Shown here: piece by piece, positions 8,430-17,723 of the stretch | Position numbering within the stretch: the stretch's first letter is position 1 | Layout of the letters: each line of letters opens with the position of its first letter | Assembly: GCA_966250335.1 (NCBI GenBank) | Contig: CBINGZ010000009.1 | Coordinates: forward strand, 54,120 to 118,119 | Direction of reading: 5' to 3' | DNA from: an uncultured bacterium | GTDB lineage: Bacteria; Bacteroidota; Ignavibacteria; OLB7 | DNA length: 64,000 bases | Notes under the pieces: model-generated | The model's database searches: none | What the model saw: the letters and a program-made list of their open reading frames with translations, nothing else | Told to the model about the DNA's origin: nothing | Program-made: the position numbers and the translations under genes

Positions 8430-9795
8430 GCCCTCCCGGTCGGCCGGGCCGAGAGTCGCCGTCGTCGGAGGGGGCGCGGCCGGGATCTTCGCCGCGCTCT
8501 CGGCGGCGGAGGGGGGCGCCCGGGTCGTCATCTTCGAGCGGAACGACCGGATCGGCATCAAGATCCTGATATCGGGGGGAGGGAAGTGCAACATCACCCA
8601 CCGCGCCGCGCCTGCGGAGGTCGAAGCGGGGTTCATCAGGGGGGAGGCCCGCTTCCTCCGGTACGCGCTGCACGAGCTGACGGCCGAGGATCTGATTTCC
8701 GCTCTTGAGGCCGAGGGAGTTGAAACCTACACCCGCCCGAACGGCCGGGTCTTTCCGGTAAGCGGCCGGGCCGACGACGTCCTTTCGGCGTTCGAGCGGA
8801 TGCTGGCCCGGAGCGGCGTGGAGATCAGAACCGGATGCCGGGTCGGAGAGATCGTCGTCGAGGAGGGGCGCGCCGTCGGCGTCCGGCCGGAGGGGGAGGA
8901 AAACGCTCTCCGTTTCGATGCGGTCATCGTGACGACCGGGGGGATCTCCTACAGGAAGGTCGGGACCACGGGTGACGGCATACGCTGGGCGGAGAGGCTG
9001 GGACATACGATCGTTCCCCTCCGCGCGGCTCTCGCTCCGATCTATTTTGCCCCGCCTCCGCATCCCCGGCTGCAGGGGGTGGCGCTGCGCGATATATCGC
9101 TCTCGGTCGATCCCGGTCCCGTCGCGCCGGGACGTGCCCGCAGGGGGATCTATCCCGAAACATGGCGTGACGATCTTCTCTTCACCCATCGCGGCGTCAG
9201 CGGGCCGGCGGTGCTGGAGGTGAGCAGAAGCGCGGCCCTCTCGCTGGAGAGCGGCGCCGAGGTACGGCTGCTGGTCGATATCCTCCCCGATCTTTCGATG
9301 GAGGAGCTGACCGAGGCCTGGAACCGCCGCACCGCCGAATCGCCGAAAGGGGAGGTGCAGACCTTTCTGGAGGGATACATGCCCCGCGGGGTGATTCCCT
9401 TCCTTCTCGAGTCCGCGGGGGTTCCCGACGGGACGAAGACGGCGCGGACGACCCGCGAGGAGCGGGCCCGGCTTCTGGCGACGATGAAGGGATGGGCCCT
9501 CGGTCCCGTCGGGGAGGTTCCGATCGACCGGGGAGAGGTCACGGCGGGGGGAGTGGCGCTCTCCGAAGTCTCTCCCGTCACAATGGAATCGAAGCGCGTT
9601 CCGGCGCTCTATTTCGCAGGGGAGGCGCTCGACATCGCCGGGAGCGTCGGAGGATACAACCTGCAGGCCGCGTTCGCCACGGGACGGGTCGCCGGCCGTG
9701 CCGCCGCGGGCCGGGAGACCTCGGGCAGGGGCCCTGAAGCATCGAGCGGCGATTCATCGAACTCAGCCACGTCGAAGACCCCTCAACCCTCATGA
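8422..9795 (+). CDS. NAD(P)/FAD-dependent oxidoreductase, HI0933/BaiN-like flavoprotein
   Basis: VAVVGGGAAGIFAALSAAEGGARVVIFERNDRIGIKILISGGGKCNITH is the dinucleotide fold plus the GGG(R/K)CN motif of the HI0933 family. C-terminal FAGEALDIAGSVGGYNLQAAFATG. ATG 8422 overlaps the rluB stop by 8 bp. Confidence 0.85.
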   Translation: MPEPSRSAGPRVAVVGGGAAGIFAALSAAEGGARVVIFERNDRIGIKILISGGGKCNITHRAAPAEVEAGFIRGEARFLRYALHELTAEDLISALEAEGVETYTRPNGRVFPVSGRADDVLSAFERMLARSGVEIRTGCRVGEIVVEEGRAVGVRPEGEENALRFDAVIVTTGGISYRKVGTTGDGIRWAERLGHTIVPLRAALAPIYFAPPPHPRLQGVALRDISLSVDPGPVAPGRARRGIYPETWRDDLLFTHRGVSGPAVLEVSRSAALSLESGAEVRLLVDILPDLSMEELTEAWNRRTAESPKGEVQTFLEGYMPRGVIPFLLESAGVPDGTKTARTTREERARLLATMKGWALGPVGEVPIDRGEVTAGGVALSEVSPVTMESKRVPALYFAGEALDIAGSVGGYNLQAAFATGRVAGRAAAGRETSGRGPEASSGDSSNSATSKTPQPS

Positions 9796-10625
9796 CCTTT
9801 CAGGATCTCTTCAAGGCGCATGTCCGAATCGAACGCGATATCCGCTACGATTCCCGGAGCGATCATCCCCGCCACACTCTCGACATCTATGCGCCGACGG
9901 GAGAGGGGCCGTATCCCGTTGTGATCTATCTCTACGGAGGGGGCTGGCGGAGCGGGGACAAGCGACTCTTCGAGCATCTGGGACGCGCGTTCGTCGTGCG
10001 GGGGATCATCGCCGTCACCGTGAACTACAGGCTGACGCCGGAAGTGTCGCATCCCGAGCATGCCGAGGACGCGGCGAACGCCGTCGCCTGGACCGTTGCG
10101 AATATCGCGTCGCGCGGCGGCGATCCGAAGAAGATGTTTCTGATGGGACATTCCGCCGGCGCGCATCTTGCGGCGCTCCTGGCGATCGACGGCTCCTATC
10201 TCAACGGAGCGGGGGCGCCGGATGCAGTGCGGGGGGTGGCTGTCGTCAGCGGCGTCTACGATCTTCGCTCGCATGCGGAGAGCCCGGGGTTCACCTCTCG
10301 CGAGATGATTCACGAGGCGTTCGGCTCCACGCCGTCGGAGCTTGGAAGCGCGTCTCCCGTATCCCATCTCCGTCCGGGTCTCCCACCGTTTCTGGTGCTG
10401 GTGGCGGAGGATGATCCCGAACGGATGAGAGAACAGGGGAAGGAGTTCTCGACGGCGCTTCGCGAGCTCGGCACCGATGTCTGGTTCGCCAGCATCAAGG
10501 AGCGGGATCATTTCTCCATCGTGCGGAGGTTCGGTCCGTCGTCCGATCCCACCGCAGGCGCCGTCGCGGACTTCATTCATCACGTCGCCGGAACATCGCC
10601 CGGCGGAACCGATCCCGCCCGATGA
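9792..10625 (+). CDS. Alpha/beta hydrolase (esterase / arylformamidase-like, Abhydrolase_3 type)
   Basis: YLYGGGWRSGDK (HGGG-type oxyanion loop) and nucleophile elbow GHSAGAHLAA, with later D and H candidates (AEDDPE, RDHFS). ATGA overlap with the upstream gene. Confidence 0.8.
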   Translation: MTFQDLFKAHVRIERDIRYDSRSDHPRHTLDIYAPTGEGPYPVVIYLYGGGWRSGDKRLFEHLGRAFVVRGIIAVTVNYRLTPEVSHPEHAEDAANAVAWTVANIASRGGDPKKMFLMGHSAGAHLAALLAIDGSYLNGAGAPDAVRGVAVVSGVYDLRSHAESPGFTSREMIHEAFGSTPSELGSASPVSHLRPGLPPFLVLVAEDDPERMREQGKEFSTALRELGTDVWFASIKERDHFSIVRRFGPSSDPTAGAVADFIHHVAGTSPGGTDPAR

Positions 10626-12379
10626 GCTGGATCTTCGGCGTCGTCTCCTCCGGACCCGGAGGAGATGCCGTGCGGCGCGCGGCGACGATCCACCATGCTC
10701 CGATATTTCAGTTCGATCGCGGGCCGATCTACATAGCCGCCGGGGGGATTCCCGAGACGCTCTTCTCGAATATCGATCCGGTCTCCTCCCCCTTGCGGCG
10801 GGAGGCCGGTGTCTCCGGCGATTCCTGGAACTGGGTCGCTGCCGGCATCGGGCTGGAATATCGCGAAGATCGTGTTGCGATGCTGGGGAGGGAGGGATGG
10901 AACGTCGTCGTCGAGTCGGCTCCCGACTCGGTCGACCGGATCGACGGACATTTCGCGATGGTCCGATGGAAGGGGGAACGGGTCGAGCTCCTCTGCGACC
11001 GTCTCGGAATGAGGACCCTCTACTACTCGCAGAGCGATACGGGGTTCGTCTTCTCCACCCGTCTCGACTGGGTCGCGCGGTTCAGGGGAGCGAACAGGAT
11101 CGATCTCTCGTCGTTCGGTCCGCACTGGCTGACGTTCAACCAGTGGCTCTGCGAGACCCCGCTTGTCGGAGTCGACCGTCTCGGTCAGCGCGGCCGGGCG
11201 ATGATCGAGCGGGGAAGGATCGACGTTGAAGAGAAACTCTGGTCCCCTTCGTCGTTCCAGGGGGCGCACGATCTGGAGCGGACGTTGAAGTCGTTCGTGG
11301 AGCCGGAGATTCCGGAGGGGTTCCGTCTCTCGCTCGGGCTCTCCGGCGGGTTCGACTCGCGCCTGCTCCTTGCGATGCTTCTCGGTGGGGAGCGGCGGCC
11401 GATCCACGTCCACATCTTCGGCGCCGAGGAGGAACTGGATGTCACGATCGCGAAGAGAGTGGCGGCGGGGGAGGGGCTTGAAGTCACCTATTACGATAGT
11501 GTCGGGGAGCGTCCCGCGATAGATCCGGCGGGGCTTACCGAATATGCGGGGCAGGTCTCCGTGGCCGAGCCGGTCTCCTCCATCACCAAGCTCGGGCATT
11601 ACCCCAGGCTGGGGGGATCACGGGCGGTGATGATCGACGGGGGCTACGGCGAGATCGGTCGACGCCAGTTCTTCAACAGGTTTCTCAAGGGGGGGAAGGG
11701 GGTCATCCGGTCGGGGGACCCGAGGGCCCTGCTCCCCTACGTCGCGCTGCATCGTTCCGGGATATTCAACGCCGATGCTCTTGCCGCGATGCATCGGGGG
11801 ATCGACAGGCAGATCGAAACGCTCTGGGGGACGATGCCGCGTGTCGATGAGATAGGGGTCGGCAACTTCCTCGATCTCCTCATCGTCAGGGCGCGATTCC
11901 CGAACATCGGAGGGATCGAGCAGGCCCGTGTCGACTCCATGATCGCCAACTACATGCCGTTCGCGCAGCCTTCCTATCTCGATACGGTCTTTCGCGTCCC
12001 CCTCTCCCGTCGGAAGAACGCGCGCCTCTACCGTTCCATCCTCCACAGGGTCGCGCCCCGTCTGGAGCGGTATCCGCTCGTGAAGAGCAACATGACCTAT
12101 CCCTATCGTCTTACGACTCTCTCGTCGTGGTTCTGGACCAGGGGGAAGTCGATGCTCGGCCTGGCCGGTGCCGACCCGACCTCTCCGACCTTCCTGCACG
12201 CGCTCCGCGAGTTCGTCGTCGATACGGCGCACTCGGAGGAGGTCCGGTCGTTTCCTCTCTACGACCATCGCGCCGTGATTGATCGTGTCGAGAGATTCTA
12301 TGCCGGTGAAACCGGGCTGGCCGGCGAGGTCGACTGGTGGCTGACCTTCGAGCTGTGGCGCCGCGCGGCAGGGGCGTAG
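10622..12379 (+). CDS. Asparagine synthetase B-like adenylating enzyme lacking the N-terminal Cys nucleophile
   Basis: PP-loop GLSGGFDSRLLLAML. The N-domain retains AsnB-like blocks (DGHFAMV, DRLGMRTLYY), but the protein starts MSWIFG rather than MCG. ATGA overlap with the hydrolase gene. Confidence 0.75.
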   Translation: MSWIFGVVSSGPGGDAVRRAATIHHAPIFQFDRGPIYIAAGGIPETLFSNIDPVSSPLRREAGVSGDSWNWVAAGIGLEYREDRVAMLGREGWNVVVESAPDSVDRIDGHFAMVRWKGERVELLCDRLGMRTLYYSQSDTGFVFSTRLDWVARFRGANRIDLSSFGPHWLTFNQWLCETPLVGVDRLGQRGRAMIERGRIDVEEKLWSPSSFQGAHDLERTLKSFVEPEIPEGFRLSLGLSGGFDSRLLLAMLLGGERRPIHVHIFGAEEELDVTIAKRVAAGEGLEVTYYDSVGERPAIDPAGLTEYAGQVSVAEPVSSITKLGHYPRLGGSRAVMIDGGYGEIGRRQFFNRFLKGGKGVIRSGDPRALLPYVALHRSGIFNADALAAMHRGIDRQIETLWGTMPRVDEIGVGNFLDLLIVRARFPNIGGIEQARVDSMIANYMPFAQPSYLDTVFRVPLSRRKNARLYRSILHRVAPRLERYPLVKSNMTYPYRLTTLSSWFWTRGKSMLGLAGADPTSPTFLHALREFVVDTAHSEEVRSFPLYDHRAVIDRVERFYAGETGLAGEVDWWLTFELWRRAAGA

Positions 12380-12385
12380 GCCGGG

Positions 12386-12838
12386 TCAGCGGGTCTCGGA
12401 GGTCCTGTCGAATATCAGACGGTCCAGGCTGAAGCGGCCCGGTCCCGTCAGAAGAATGACGCATGCGATCCCCAGATAGAGGAAGGCCAGTTCCTTCTTT
12501 CCGAACGGGTCGGCCGCATGACGGATGAATCCCGCCGTGACCATGGTCAGCGCGATCACGAACGCCGAGGGGCGTGTCGCGAACCCGAGCGCCAGAAAGA
12601 TCCCTCCGACGAACTCCCCGTACGCCGCCGCATACGCGAAGAATCCCGGAGCCGGGAAGCCCATCTCCGCGGCCCGGCCCGTAAGGCCGGTCAGGTCGCC
12701 CGTCACTTTCGAAAGCCCGTGCCCGAACGCCATGAAGAGCCCCGTGACCAGGCGGAGCATCAGGAGTCCGAGGTCGGTCGACCAGGGTCTGACCAGGGCC
12801 CGGTAGAGGCCGTTCATTCTATCGCCGGAACCGTTCAT
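12386..12838 (-). CDS. DoxX family membrane protein
   Basis: DLGLLMLRLVTGLFMAFGHGLSKV...GFPAPGFFAYAAAYGEFVGGIFLALGFATRPSAFVIALTMVTA: the typical DoxX helix pattern. Start is 12838 or 12817. Confidence 0.8.
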   Translation of the reverse strand: MNGSGDRMNGLYRALVRPWSTDLGLLMLRLVTGLFMAFGHGLSKVTGDLTGLTGRAAEMGFPAPGFFAYAAAYGEFVGGIFLALGFATRPSAFVIALTMVTAGFIRHAADPFGKKELAFLYLGIACVILLTGPGRFSLDRLIFDRTSETR

Positions 12839-13049
12839 GTCGTATATCTCGCAGTATATGATGTTCGGAAGAGAGAGGATTATCCAAGGACGGACGATAC
12901 GGAACATGAGTCGGAACATCAACGCATATTCGATTGTTCCGGCGCTTCCTGACGGTAAAGCTCAGGGGGACCGGTCGTGAATAACGATTTGGTGGTATCA
13001 TGCGACATCCGAACGCCTGCGAACACCATGGACGGTTATCGCCGAGAAG

Positions 13050-14324
13050 ATGAATCCCAACTTCGTCAAGCGCACCCTGATGGCGGCTCCCGCCGCCGAA
13101 CTCTTTGCATGGCATGAACGGCCCGGCGCCTTCCTGCGGCTTTCGCCTCCCTGGACCGATCTGGAGGTGATCGACAGCACCGGAGGAATCCGCGACGGCG
13201 ACCTCGTGAATCTTGCCATGCGCATGGGGCCGATCACCCTGCCGTGGAGGATCAGGCATGGAAACTATATCGCAGGGAGGCAGTTCGAGGATCTCCAGGT
13301 CAGAGGTCCGTTCACGCATTGGGTTCACCGGCATCTGGTGGAGCCGGCCGGGGAGAGGAATGCCTGGCTGGAGGATGCGATCGAATACGAGCTTCCTCTG
13401 GGCATTGCGGGACGGGTTGTCGCGGGGAGACCGGTTCGCGCGGAGCTGGAGCGCCTGTTCGAATATCGCCATGCGATCACTTCCGACGATCTTCGGGATC
13501 ACATGCTCTATGCGGACCGGCCGCGACTTCGGGTTCTGATCGTGGGGGAGGGACTACTGGCGAGCGGACTTTCTCCATTCCTGACCACCGGAGGGCATAC
13601 CGTCGTTTCCGTTTCCGCTGCCGATCTGGTCGCGGGGCGGGTGCAGGATCATGCCGTGTTCGATGCGGCGGTATATCCGATCGAGGAGGATATTCTTCAT
13701 CGTGATGCGACTCATGCAGCACAGCGGAACGGACCGGATGCGATCCGTTCGGTAAGCGCCGCTCTCGCCCGGCTCCCCGTGCCTCCACGTCGGGCGGTCA
13801 TCGCGGTTCCTCTGGGGATGATTGCGACTTCCGCCGATCGCGCGGTCGTGGCGGATGCGGTTTCGATTGCAAGGCAGGCAGGCATAAGTGCCGTTATTGC
13901 AGGGACGGCGCCTCTCCTGACGCCGAAGGCCGGGCTGCTGAAAGGGCTGGCCGCGGCCTCCTGGTTCGGGAAGGATCGGGGGCTCGGCGCGCATATCCCC
14001 TGGATATCGTTCGACGATGCGATCGGCCTGCTCCATCACCTCGTCATGAACGGGGATGAGGGAACGGTGAAGATCGCCGCTCCGTCAACCGTCTCGATGT
14101 ACGATCTGATGGAGGCCACCGCGGCCGCGGCGGGAAGGCCGGTCAGGTTCCCTTCGTCGCTTGCGAAGGTGGGAGGGCTCTTCGGGGTTCCCCCGGCCGA
14201 TGAGCTGCGCGGGATCGTCGCCGAAACCTCGGATGCGCCTGATGTCCCCGGCTATCGGTTCCGCCATCCGAAGCCGGCCGGAGCATTGGCGTTCATGTGG
14301 GGACGCGGGAAGAGGGGAAAATAG
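13050..14324 (+). CDS. SRPBCC (cyclase/dehydrase-like) domain fused to YfcH/TIGR01777-like epimerase fold with DUF1731-like C-terminus
   Basis: N-terminal LFAWHERPGAFLRLSPPWTDLEVI...FEDLQVRGPFTHWVHRH is the SRPBCC pattern seen in 'cell division inhibitor'-type fusions. C-terminal ...VPGYRFRHPKPAGALAFMWG resembles the DUF1731 end. The Rossmann glycine motif is degenerate (VLIVGEGLLASG). Confidence 0.6.
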   Translation: MNPNFVKRTLMAAPAAELFAWHERPGAFLRLSPPWTDLEVIDSTGGIRDGDLVNLAMRMGPITLPWRIRHGNYIAGRQFEDLQVRGPFTHWVHRHLVEPAGERNAWLEDAIEYELPLGIAGRVVAGRPVRAELERLFEYRHAITSDDLRDHMLYADRPRLRVLIVGEGLLASGLSPFLTTGGHTVVSVSAADLVAGRVQDHAVFDAAVYPIEEDILHRDATHAAQRNGPDAIRSVSAALARLPVPPRRAVIAVPLGMIATSADRAVVADAVSIARQAGISAVIAGTAPLLTPKAGLLKGLAAASWFGKDRGLGAHIPWISFDDAIGLLHHLVMNGDEGTVKIAAPSTVSMYDLMEATAAAAGRPVRFPSSLAKVGGLFGVPPADELRGIVAETSDAPDVPGYRFRHPKPAGALAFMWGRGKRGK

Positions 14325-14404
14325 GCGCCGGGAGGTGTCGGTGACGTTGCGGCGCAGGAAGGCGGGATTCTGAACGATGCGTCGTCGCTGCTCTCTCGCT
14401 TTCT

Positions 14405-15274
14405 TCAGAAATGAATCCCGTACCACACCACCTCCGGCGTGATCCGTACGGCGGGCGCCGGAAGATGATAGAGGTTCAGGTTCCGTTTCAGGAAACGAAG
14501 GATGGGGGAATCCCCCGGCAGTTTTCTCGGGTCCAGATCGAGACTCAGATAGATCTCGTGCTTCCCGCCCCCCCTGCCGTCCAGGTCGCGGACGCTGTGG
14601 CCGATTGCGATATTGATGTAGGGGGGATAGATCTCCCGGAGCCCCTCCGGCAGCAGTTCATGGAGGTCGATGCTCAACCAGTGGAAGGTGCTCTCGTAGT
14701 CGTCGATGATCGCCCCGAACCCGCCGTTCCGGAACTTCGTGCTGGGATAGAAACTGATTTTCGGCGAGACGATGCGCGCCTCCGGCACGTAATGCCGGAT
14801 CACCGGAAGAGCGCTTCCCACGATGTTCGCGCCCATGTCTCCCCAGCTGAACCCCCAGTCGCGGGAGAATCCGTCCCGCACCTCGATGTACGTCTGATAC
14901 GCGAGCGCCACGCCGGAGCCTCCCCAGACCGCCGCCGTCGAATCGATCCCGGTCCATTCCAGCGCCTGGGAGTAGAGGGTCGCCGCGGCGTAGGGGAAAT
15001 AGGCGTGCCCGGCCTTGTCCGCTCCCAGAGCGTAGAGGCGGTCGTGGTCCCAGTCGACATGAAAATCGGATCGTTCCCCTTTCCACCATAGGTCGTTCAG
15101 CATCACGTGACCTACCACGAACGCTCCGGTCGTGACCCCGGCCACGACTCCCAGACGCGCGCAATCGATCGACGAAGAGTCGCTCCGTTCGGTCTGTCCC
15201 GCCCCCGAAACGGGGAGGAGGGGGAGGGTCGCGATCATGAGAACCGTCTGCCGTATGACGGATTCGATTTTCAT
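14405..15274 (-). CDS. Hypothetical secreted/envelope protein (DUF2279-like, tentative)
   Basis: Signal peptide MKIESVIRQTVLMIATLPLLPVSGAGQ. Block NDLWWKGERSDFHVDWDHDRLYALGADKAGHAYFPY recalls DUF2279 periplasmic lipoproteins. Coding-like composition. ATG 15274 chosen over the track start. Confidence 0.5.
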   Translation of the reverse strand: MKIESVIRQTVLMIATLPLLPVSGAGQTERSDSSSIDCARLGVVAGVTTGAFVVGHVMLNDLWWKGERSDFHVDWDHDRLYALGADKAGHAYFPYAAATLYSQALEWTGIDSTAAVWGGSGVALAYQTYIEVRDGFSRDWGFSWGDMGANIVGSALPVIRHYVPEARIVSPKISFYPSTKFRNGGFGAIIDDYESTFHWLSIDLHELLPEGLREIYPPYINIAIGHSVRDLDGRGGGKHEIYLSLDLDPRKLPGDSPILRFLKRNLNLYHLPAPAVRITPEVVWYGIHF

Positions 15275-15375
15275 CGGTCGTGTCGGGATGGTATTATACG
15301 CCGCTCGGTCGCCCCGCATGAGACGGGAAGCGCCGTGAAGCCGGGATCGATCATCCTCTGGAAGCCTCAAGCTAC

Positions 15376-17661
15376 ATGACAAAAAAGCCGAACGATCATA
15401 ACATATCGCCGGGCGATGCTCAGAAGGAGCACGCCGAACCTGCAGCATCCGGTACGTCCGGAGGGGCGCTGGTGGACGACCTGCGGCGCCGGTTCGAGTT
15501 CCTGGAAACGGCGAGCGAAATGCTGGCGAGCTCGCTCGATTTCAAGACGACGCTCGCCAACGTCGCCCGGCTTGCCGTCCCCCATATCGCCGACTGGTGC
15601 GCCGTCGACATCTGCGGCGGTCCCTACTGCGACGATCGCTCGTCGGTCCAGCGGCTGACGGTGGCGCATGTCGATCCCGAAAAGGTCGATCTGGCGTACG
15701 AACTGGAGAAGAAGTATCCCCCCGATCCCGATGCCCCGATCGGCCTGCCGAACGTTCTTCGCACGGGGAAGTCGGAGTATATGGGGGAGATCCCGCAGGA
15801 GCTTCTGACCGGCGCCGCCGTCGACGAAGAACATCGCAGACTGATTGTCGAGCTGGGGCTCGTCTCCTACATGGTGGTGCCGCTGATCGTTCATGAGCGG
15901 GTGCTCGGGGGCATCAGCTTCGTCTCCGCCGAGTCGGGGCGGCACTACGACGAGGAGGATGTGGCGCTCGCCGAGGATCTCGCCCGCCGCGCCGCCGTCG
16001 CCATCGACAACGCCAATCTGGTGAAGCGTGTCCATCTGGCCGAGTCGGCGCTGCGCGATCAGCTCGACTTCATGAACTCGATCATGTCGAGCCTCGGCGA
16101 CGGCGTCTGCGCCCTGGACGCCGAGGGAAGGGTGACCTACCTGAACCCCGCCGCCGAACGGATGCTCGGCAGGTCGAGCGGGGAGATCATCGGAAAGGGG
16201 TTCCACGATCTGGTCCATACTCGTCCCGACACCGGTGAGCATATCCGCGGCGGGGAGTGCGCCCTGATGAAATCGCTCCGCAGCCACGCCGTGAACCGGA
16301 ACGACGACGCCCTCTTCCTCACGGGCGAGGGATCCCTGCTGCCGGTGGAATACACCGCCTCACCGGTGCTGAAGGAGGGGGCCTTTTCCGGAACGATCAT
16401 CGCGTTCCACGATATATCGGAACGGAAGAGACAGGAGGAGGAGCTCCGCGCGCAGCGCGAATGGTTCCAGGTCACCCTCGCCAGCATCGGCGACGCCGTC
16501 ATCGCCGCCGATGTTCACGGCATGGTGACGTTCCTGAACCCGGTGGCGGAGGAACTGACCGGATGGCGGCTGGAGGAGTCGAGCGGGATTCCGCTGACCG
16601 AGGTCTTCAGGATCGTCAACGAGACGACGGGGGAGCCGGTCGACAACCCGGTGGCCGAAGTTCTCCGCTCGGGACAGATCGTCGGGCTGGCGAACCATAC
16701 GCTCCTTCTGGCCAGGGACGGACGCGAGATTCCGATCGCCGACAGCGCCGCGCCGATCCGCGATCCCCTGGGCAGGATCATCGGCGTCATCCTCGTCTTC
16801 CACGACGTCACCGAACAGCGCCGGGCGGAGGACGCTCTGCGCCGCTCCACGCAGAAGACGCTCAGACTGCTGGAGAGCATCGGCGACTCCTTCATCGCGC
16901 TCGACGCCGAATGGCGCTTCTCCTACGTGAACCAGAAGGCGGCCGAGCTCTTCTCGCGGCTCGGGCTGGAGGTCACCGACATCATCGACAGAAATATCTG
17001 GGCGGTGATCCCGGATATGATCTGGACCGAAGCCTACGAGCGGTTCCATCAGGCGAGCCGCGACCAGCAGCCGGTCCAGTTCATCTTCCAGTATCCCGAA
17101 CTGGGGGGGTGGTTCAACGTCTATGTCTATCCCTCGTACGAGGGCCTTTCGATCTTTCTGCAGGATATCAACGACAGGATGCTGCGGGATGAGGAGCGGA
17201 ACCGGCTGCTGGGGGAGGCGGAAGATTCCGAGCGGAGATTCCGCGATCTGGTCAACACGCTCGCGGGGATCTTCTGGGAGGCGGACCCGACCACCGAACG
17301 GTTCCTCTTCGTCAGCAGAAGGGCGGAGGCGATCCTCGGCTACTCGATCGACGACTGGCTCTCGCGGCCGAACTTCTGGGCCTCGATCATCCACCCGGCC
17401 GATCGTGAGAAGACCGTTCAGGCGAGAAAGGCCGCGGCGTCGGCGGCAATGGATCACGATCTGAGATATCGGGCGATCGCCGCCGACGGACGCACCGTCT
17501 GGCTGCGCGATATCGTCTACGTTGCGCGCAACGAAAACGGACGCGCCGAACGACTCAGAGGGGTGATGGTCGATGTGACCGACGACAAGGTGATCGATCT
17601 GCACGATTCCCGGGTCGACGAGGGACCGGACGCCGGGCCCGACACGACGGGAGGGGAGTAA
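15376..17661 (+). CDS. Cytoplasmic GAF + four PAS domain sensor protein without recognisable output domain
   Basis: GAF-like N-region (LASSLDFKTTLANVARLAVPHIADWCAVDI ... MVVPLIVHERVLGGISFVS). Four PAS cores follow: LGDGVCALDAEGRVTYLNPAAERMLG; IGDAVIAADVHGMVTFLNPVAEELTGW; IGDSFIALDAEWRFSYVNQKAAELF; LAGIFWEADPTTERFLFVSRRAEAILGY. No HisKA/HATPase, GGDEF, EAL or HTH motif seen. Confidence 0.8.
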   Translation: MTKKPNDHNISPGDAQKEHAEPAASGTSGGALVDDLRRRFEFLETASEMLASSLDFKTTLANVARLAVPHIADWCAVDICGGPYCDDRSSVQRLTVAHVDPEKVDLAYELEKKYPPDPDAPIGLPNVLRTGKSEYMGEIPQELLTGAAVDEEHRRLIVELGLVSYMVVPLIVHERVLGGISFVSAESGRHYDEEDVALAEDLARRAAVAIDNANLVKRVHLAESALRDQLDFMNSIMSSLGDGVCALDAEGRVTYLNPAAERMLGRSSGEIIGKGFHDLVHTRPDTGEHIRGGECALMKSLRSHAVNRNDDALFLTGEGSLLPVEYTASPVLKEGAFSGTIIAFHDISERKRQEEELRAQREWFQVTLASIGDAVIAADVHGMVTFLNPVAEELTGWRLEESSGIPLTEVFRIVNETTGEPVDNPVAEVLRSGQIVGLANHTLLLARDGREIPIADSAAPIRDPLGRIIGVILVFHDVTEQRRAEDALRRSTQKTLRLLESIGDSFIALDAEWRFSYVNQKAAELFSRLGLEVTDIIDRNIWAVIPDMIWTEAYERFHQASRDQQPVQFIFQYPELGGWFNVYVYPSYEGLSIFLQDINDRMLRDEERNRLLGEAEDSERRFRDLVNTLAGIFWEADPTTERFLFVSRRAEAILGYSIDDWLSRPNFWASIIHPADREKTVQARKAAASAAMDHDLRYRAIAADGRTVWLRDIVYVARNENGRAERLRGVMVDVTDDKVIDLHDSRVDEGPDAGPDTTGGE

Positions 17662-17668
17662 ACGAACA

Positions 17669-17704
17669 GGGAGGGATATCGCAATCGGATGCGATATCCC
17701 TCCC
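17669..17704. terminator. Bidirectional stem-loop terminator between convergent genes
   Basis: Perfect 15-bp stem GGGAGGGATATCGCA / TGCGATATCCCTCCC with the 6-nt loop atcgga, followed by cggctttcttct. It sits in the 62-bp gap between the stops at 17661 (+) and 17724 (-). Confidence 0.75.
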
Positions 17705-17723
17705 CGGCTTTCTTCTATCCTGT

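Noticed and set aside
1112-10583. Shadow ORFs in the left third (1112-1918, 1555-2265, 2412-3593, 5365-6108, 6403-7341, 7749-8636, 8407-9189, 9698-10414, 9783-10583, and 10580-11599 just beyond)
   Set aside because: Same reasoning: they overlap manC, alr, SpoIID-like, PBP-like, rluB, BaiN-like, hydrolase and AsnB-like genes and have non-protein-like composition.
9792-12379. Lasso-peptide / RiPP cluster around the AsnB-like gene
   Set aside because: No transglutaminase-like leader peptidase, RRE or plausible short precursor ORF is present next to it.
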